From NCBI GenBank assembly GCA_943704425.1, contig CALSCP010000486.1, forward strand, positions 91,447 through 133,456: a DNA stretch of 42,010 bases, in the 5' to 3' direction. This DNA is from Ministeria vibrans ATCC 50519. Its lineage: Eukaryota > Protista > Filasterea. The notes beneath the pieces were generated by a model that ran no database searches, was not told where the DNA came from, and was given only the letters and a program-made list of their open reading frames with translations. Shown piece by piece: positions 37,501 through 42,010 of this stretch (within the stretch, counting starts at the first letter, position 1; each line of letters starts with the position of its first letter). A program made the translations under genes and the position numbers.

Positions 37501-39666
37501 GCGTTTGCCTCGGGTGATGCCCTGCGCGAAGAAATCCACTGTAGCTCAGTGCACGCTGAGCTGGCGCGCGAGGCGGCATGGGCACGTGCAAGGCACTTTC
37601 TTGGTGTGTTGATGGAGCGTCTCAACTGCAGTCCGGGAGAGGCGCTTGTGTTCTGTGTGACTGCGCTGGAGCGGGTGTTTGCGGACGGGGTGCTGTCGCG
37701 ACTGGGTGCTCACTTGGACACAGCGGTAAAGCGCGACGAATGGGAACTGCGCTTTGAACGTGATGTAGTGGGTGAAATGGGATCGAACATGCCAGCGCTG
37801 GGGCGAACGATGCGCGAGCGGCAGGAGACACTGATGGAGCATTTGGGCGAGGCACGCAACCGCGCGAGCGTTCAGTCCATTGTGCTCGAGCTGGTGCAGC
37901 GACCGCCTATTTCGTTTGCACCCGGTAGTGACGCATGTCGTGCACACACAGCGTTTCACGACGAGCTACCCGACAGTTTCCGACAGATTGAGCTTGTGAC
38001 GCGCAGTGTGTTGACGCGGCAATTGGAAGCAATGTCGACGAAGGACGGCGAGAGCCAAGGGACGTCGCACGCGACACTGGCACTGCTGTTGCGTCGTGAG
38101 CGTGTGGTTAATGCCTTCCCATTGCTTATTCCCATTGTGGAGTTTGTCAAGCTTGTGTCGGTGCAGCTGGAACACCGAGTGACGCGCGACACGGCGAGCA
38201 CGCAGTCGTTTACCGCCTTTGTGAATGGGTTGCCTGAGGTGCAGCGCAGGGGAGGCGAGCGAAAGTTGATGCGGTTCCTTGCGGCGTGGCATCTGCTGCG
38301 ACGACGCACGGTGGCGCATCCCGTGCCATTGATGGGACTGCTGAACAATGGCTCACTTGAGGTACCGTACGGCCGCCACGAGTGCCAGAAGCTGAAGATG
38401 GAGGAGCTGACGAAGGAGTCGCCTGTGATTTGTGCGTGTCCCGACACGCGCGATTCGGGATTGGTGATTCGCACGCTGATGCGGGTCCTAGCGGAGGGCC
38501 AATCGACATTGGTGGGCACGCTACAACCGCGTGTTGTGCATCGGGCAAAGCGAGTGTTGGCGGCCGAGCGACGCGATATGATTGAGTTCCGTCTGCCGTC
38601 GGCGACACTGGGCCAGTTCTCGGTGCAAGGGGTGCGGATGGGCACGGGCACGGATGTGCGGGTGGATGTGCAGGCGCTAGAGCAGCAGAAGGAGCTGGAA
38701 GGCGTGCTGGGCCGGGCGGCGTTTGACACGGGAAGCGAGCGGTGGCTGCCACGCTTTTACTTCAGTGGCGAGGTGTTTTCGTCTGAGCTGGCGCTGTTGC
38801 ATCGAGCGCGCAAGGCGGTGCGACAGGAGGCACTGACGCCAGCGGCATGTGAGCGTCTCAAGGCGGATGTGGTGGTGAAGGACGCGGCGACGGAGCTGCT
38901 GTCGAGCATGGGCATGGTGTTTATGCAGATGGTACGACGACGAGGTGAGTCGCCCGACGAGATGCTATCACGTTTTGTTGAGCGGTGGCTGCGCGAGCGA
39001 CTTCCGGAGAAGGTAAAGCGTGCGTTAGAGACAAGCCAAGAGCTGGCGGATGTGCGGTTGAAGCACGCGGTGGCACTACAGGAGTGTCTTGAAGACATGT
39101 TGGGCAGTCGACTGATGGAGAGTGTGCCGACAAGCTTCAAGACGCGACTACCAGATCATGTGGAGACTGACCTGCGTCATCTTTGCGGCATTGGTCATGG
39201 GCTGGCGGTGACGGTCGCTCCCGAGGTGATGATGTCGGCCCTTCAGCGATTCACCTACCGCTTTTTGGCGGTGCGCGAGCCACTGGTGGCCGCTGCTGCA
39301 CCATTGAGCATGTATCTGTCGCGTGAGGAGTACTATGAGTGGCCTGCGGGCGCGCTCGGCGGCAAAGACTTTGACCTGGTGGTCAACGAGACGCTGCTGG
39401 TGGAGCACTGCTACGCGGCGCACACGATGCTGCGACGGGAGCTGACGCGTCGACGGGAGCAAGAGGAGCGCGACGAGGAGACGCGACGGAAGGCTGCGCT
39501 GGGCAGTTCCACGGGAGTTGGACGGGCAAGCGAGGCGTCGCGCTCGGTCTTTGCGAGTGGACCCTCTGAAAATGTGTCAGGAAACAACGAGAACACTGCG
39601 GGTGTGTTTGCGTCTCGCGCGCGAACCGGTGGGAATGTGCGCAACAAGAAGGCCAAGAGGCGATGA
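23597..39666 (+). CDS. RNF213: RNF213/mysterin-like giant AAA+ ATPase / RZ-finger E3 ligase, ~5255 aa
   Basis: Phase-consistent exons 23597-23620, 23741-23908, 23978-24100, 24165-25360 and 25410-39666. Motifs are AALGKT (~29390), VVIMGHTGCGKT (30544) with FFDEINT, LVYRVFPLPESLLDFVWDYG, LFIVGKPGNSKSLA (31648) with LLDEVGLAE..NPLKVLH, ISNWHLDAAKMNRG, SLYDMLNQNF and PFLNRFEKQ. The RZ finger is at 37231-37338. Confidence 0.92.
24261..24490 (+). repeat. 84-nt (28-aa) coding tandem repeat, ~2.7 copies, Ser/Ala/Thr-rich
   Basis: ASTSTSPAAASSSSSAASSSSAATAANT / ASTPTSHDAASSSSSAASSSSAATAAHT / partial third copy. Confidence 0.9.
28543..28609 (+). repeat. (GAT/GAC)n poly-Asp tract inside the RNF213-like CDS
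   Basis: Trinucleotide run. Confidence 0.9.
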
Positions 39667-39673
39667 GAGAGAT

Positions 39674-39712
<39 letters not shown>

Positions 39713-39860
39713 TGAGTGAGTATGGTGCTCAGTGTGCGTAGAGTGCTAAGAGTACAAAAATACAATACAATAATTTAATTATCCAATTTATTCGCGGACA
39801 CACAGCTATGCAGCAGGAAATCGATTATCCAAAGCGTTCGGAACCAAGTAGAAGGTGCGC

Positions 39861-41490
39861 TCAATGGCCAAGGGGGTTGCGAAACCAGCTGCGGAGGAGC
39901 TCATCGTAGCGCAGCGTCGGGTGCTGTCCTACAAACTGCAGGAAGGCCTGGAGGCCCTGGCGACGCTTCTCGAGGAAGCCCTGGCGGAACTTACCAATGA
40001 TGCGCTTCTCGGGGAGAGTGGGCAGCTCGAGAGCCAGTTCGGGGTAGCGTTTGACGACGTCATCGCGGAAGACGACAAAGTCGTTGTACCGCCGCAGTAC
40101 AACCAGTTCGGTTTTCTGTGAAAAGTATGAGTGAGTGAGTGAGTGAGTGAGCGAGTAGGTGAGAGTGGGCATGTGCGTGTGAGACTACGACAGAGCACTG
40201 TAACTGTACGCAAGAGCGTAAAGTGAAGAGAGTTCGAGAGAGGGACTCTCAATTGATTGAGGCAAATTTTTGAGGTGGTTACGTCTGCTCTGGTGGCAAC
40301 ACACTCAAACTCGCTGTAAGCATTGAGTCCTGTGCCGACAGTGCGGACACGGGCAATGCGGATGGCAACGGCAAAGGCCTGTGCGGGCGGGAGGGGCTGT
40401 GGGTTGTAGCTGTCGGTGCTGTTGGAGCGGAGGGGGCGTGTGTGAGCAGCGCGACGGGTAGTGGCAAGGCCGGCGACCATCTCACGACGGGTGAGTTCGA
40501 CGGCGGCGGGGGAGCTCATGCCGGCAGGGGATGGAGCTTGGAAGAGCTGACGGCGCACAGAAGAGGTGGTGGGGGGAGGGGAGCGGGAGAGGATGGGGCT
40601 CAGGGGGGAGGGGAGACTACTGTTGGAGAAGGAGGAGGATGTAGGACGGGGAGTGCTGGTGAAGGAGGGAGGGTGGGCGTTGGGGGAGAGTGTCACTGCT
40701 GCTGAGGATGTGGTGGTGGATGCTACAGTGGCTGTTGAGAGGACAGGGGGTGTTGATGTGGCGGTGACGGTGGCGGTGGTCGTGGAAGGGGACGGAGCAG
40801 TGGCGGAGGCGAAGGAGGTGACGGAAGCGGAGGAGACAGTGGAAGTGTCTGTGAGGAGTGGCTGCAGCGTGTGCTTGTCGGTGTCACTGCTACCGGCAAT
40901 AAGACGGCGCACCGAAAGAGCACTGGCACGCATAGCAGAGGTGCGTGCGTGACGGCCTTTGTGGCGGTGGCGCAGTGCGTCGTTGTTTGCGCCAACAAAG
41001 TACTCGTACTCAGTCACAGTGCTCGAGCGTCCAAACCTTTCGCCAAGCAAAGCATCGTGTTCACCACGCGCTGTCATTGCCAGTGTCTCAGCAAGAAGAC
41101 GACGTGAAGGCGAGCTTGATTGACGTAGCAAAGCCGTTGAGCGTCTCAAAAGCGTTTCAATTTGCGTGTCAAGCTGAAAGTCTTTAGAAATGTGTGTCAA
41201 TAAAAAACAGAGAGGAGAGGAGAGGAGAAAGAAACAAAGTGTTAAAAAGAGAAGCAAAACAAAGTGTGGGAGAACAAACAAAGAGAGATTCAAACGGCTG
41301 TTGCTATCGTTGTTGGTGAGGGGATGTTATTTTACGTTGTCGAGGGATGAGGGCTTCGCAGAGGCGCGTCTCCTCCAAGGGATCTAGCAAGAGTGCGTCC
41401 ATGTCCCCCTCTATCCTCTCGAGCACACTGATTTCGTAGGCGATGGCCGCAATCAGACTTGCGCGGATCTTTTGTCGTTCTTCTAACCCT
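39861..41490 (-). CDS. PX-domain (sorting nexin-like) protein, 3' exons; 5' end lies beyond the repeat region
   Basis: AIRIARVRTVGTGLNAYSEFECV|...VVLRRYNDFVVFRDDV..YP...LPTLPEKRIIGKFRQGFLEKRRQGLQAFLQ..GQHPTLR....LRSWF, preceded by an S/T/P-rich linker. Confidence 0.82.
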
Positions 41491-41539
41491 ACACAAAGAG
41501 CACAGTCAAGAAAGGCATCTGGACACACACGCATACATA

Positions 41540-41655
41540 GAGGAGAGAGAGAGAGGAGAGAGAGAGAGGAGAAAGAAACAAAGTGATAGAGAGAGAGAGA
41601 GGAGAGAGAGAGAGGAGAGAGAGAGAGGAGAGAGAGAGAGGAGAGAGAGAGAAAG

Positions 41656-41730
<75 letters not shown>

Positions 41731-41919
41731 AAGAGTTCAAGAGTTCAAGAGAGAGAGAGAGAGAGTTCAAGAGTTCAAGAGTTCAAGAGTTCAAGAGAGA
41801 GAGTTCAAGAGTTCAAGAGAGAGAGAGAGAGAGTTCAAGAGTTCAAGAGAGAGTTCAAGAGAGAGAGAGAGAGTTCAAGAGTTCAAGAGTTCAAGAGTTC
41901 AAGAGTTCAAGAGAGAGTT

Positions 41920-42010
<91 letters not shown>
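41540..42010. repeat. (GA)n microsatellite interspersed with GAGTTCAA 8-mers
   Basis: Directly visible; probably intronic in the PX gene. Confidence 0.95.

Noticed and set aside
25439-39656. Dozens of antisense and alternate-frame ORFs within the RNF213-like CDS
   Set aside because: Shadow ORFs expected in GC-rich coding DNA; no recognisable motifs.
25435-39666. Giant ORF as dynein, midasin or a viral/transposon polyprotein
   Set aside because: The motif set (GxTGCGKT, GKPGxSKS, LDEVGLAE, SLYDxLNQ, RZ finger) is specific to RNF213; I see no integrase, RT or capsid motifs and no terminal repeats.
656-41490. A phagosome/metal-defence gene cluster (ZIP7, HEX, myosin I, CutC, RNF213, PX)
   Set aside because: The genes are interspersed with unrelated housekeeping genes (LIPT2, SR, KHDC4, FKBP); nothing supports functional clustering without synteny data.

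Overview
Gene-dense, intron-containing eukaryotic DNA. It has short GT-AG introns with CA/CT/GA microsatellites, head-to-head gene pairs about 80-350 bp apart and three N-gaps. A unicellular opisthokont/holozoan-like protist is my inference, not an identification. The genes read by hand are: the last exon of an Anp1/Mnn9-like glycosyltransferase, a ZIP7-like zinc transporter, beta-hexosaminidase, myosin I, LIPT2/LipB, an RRM+CCHC SR protein, OXLD1-like, intronless MGAT5, CutC, KHDC4-like, FKBP, a RING-ubiquitin-like-TerD fusion, a ~5255-aa RNF213/mysterin-like AAA+ E3 ligase, and a PX-domain protein. The best candidate for a new system is the RNF213-like gene. It keeps the AAA core and the RZ finger but shows no RING. 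It sits head-to-head with a small gene encoding a RING finger, a ubiquitin-like domain and a bacterial-type TerD domain. Separately, the first 13 kb looks block-permuted (the hexosaminidase halves are in reverse order), most likely an assembly artefact. All family calls come from motif recognition, not database searches.
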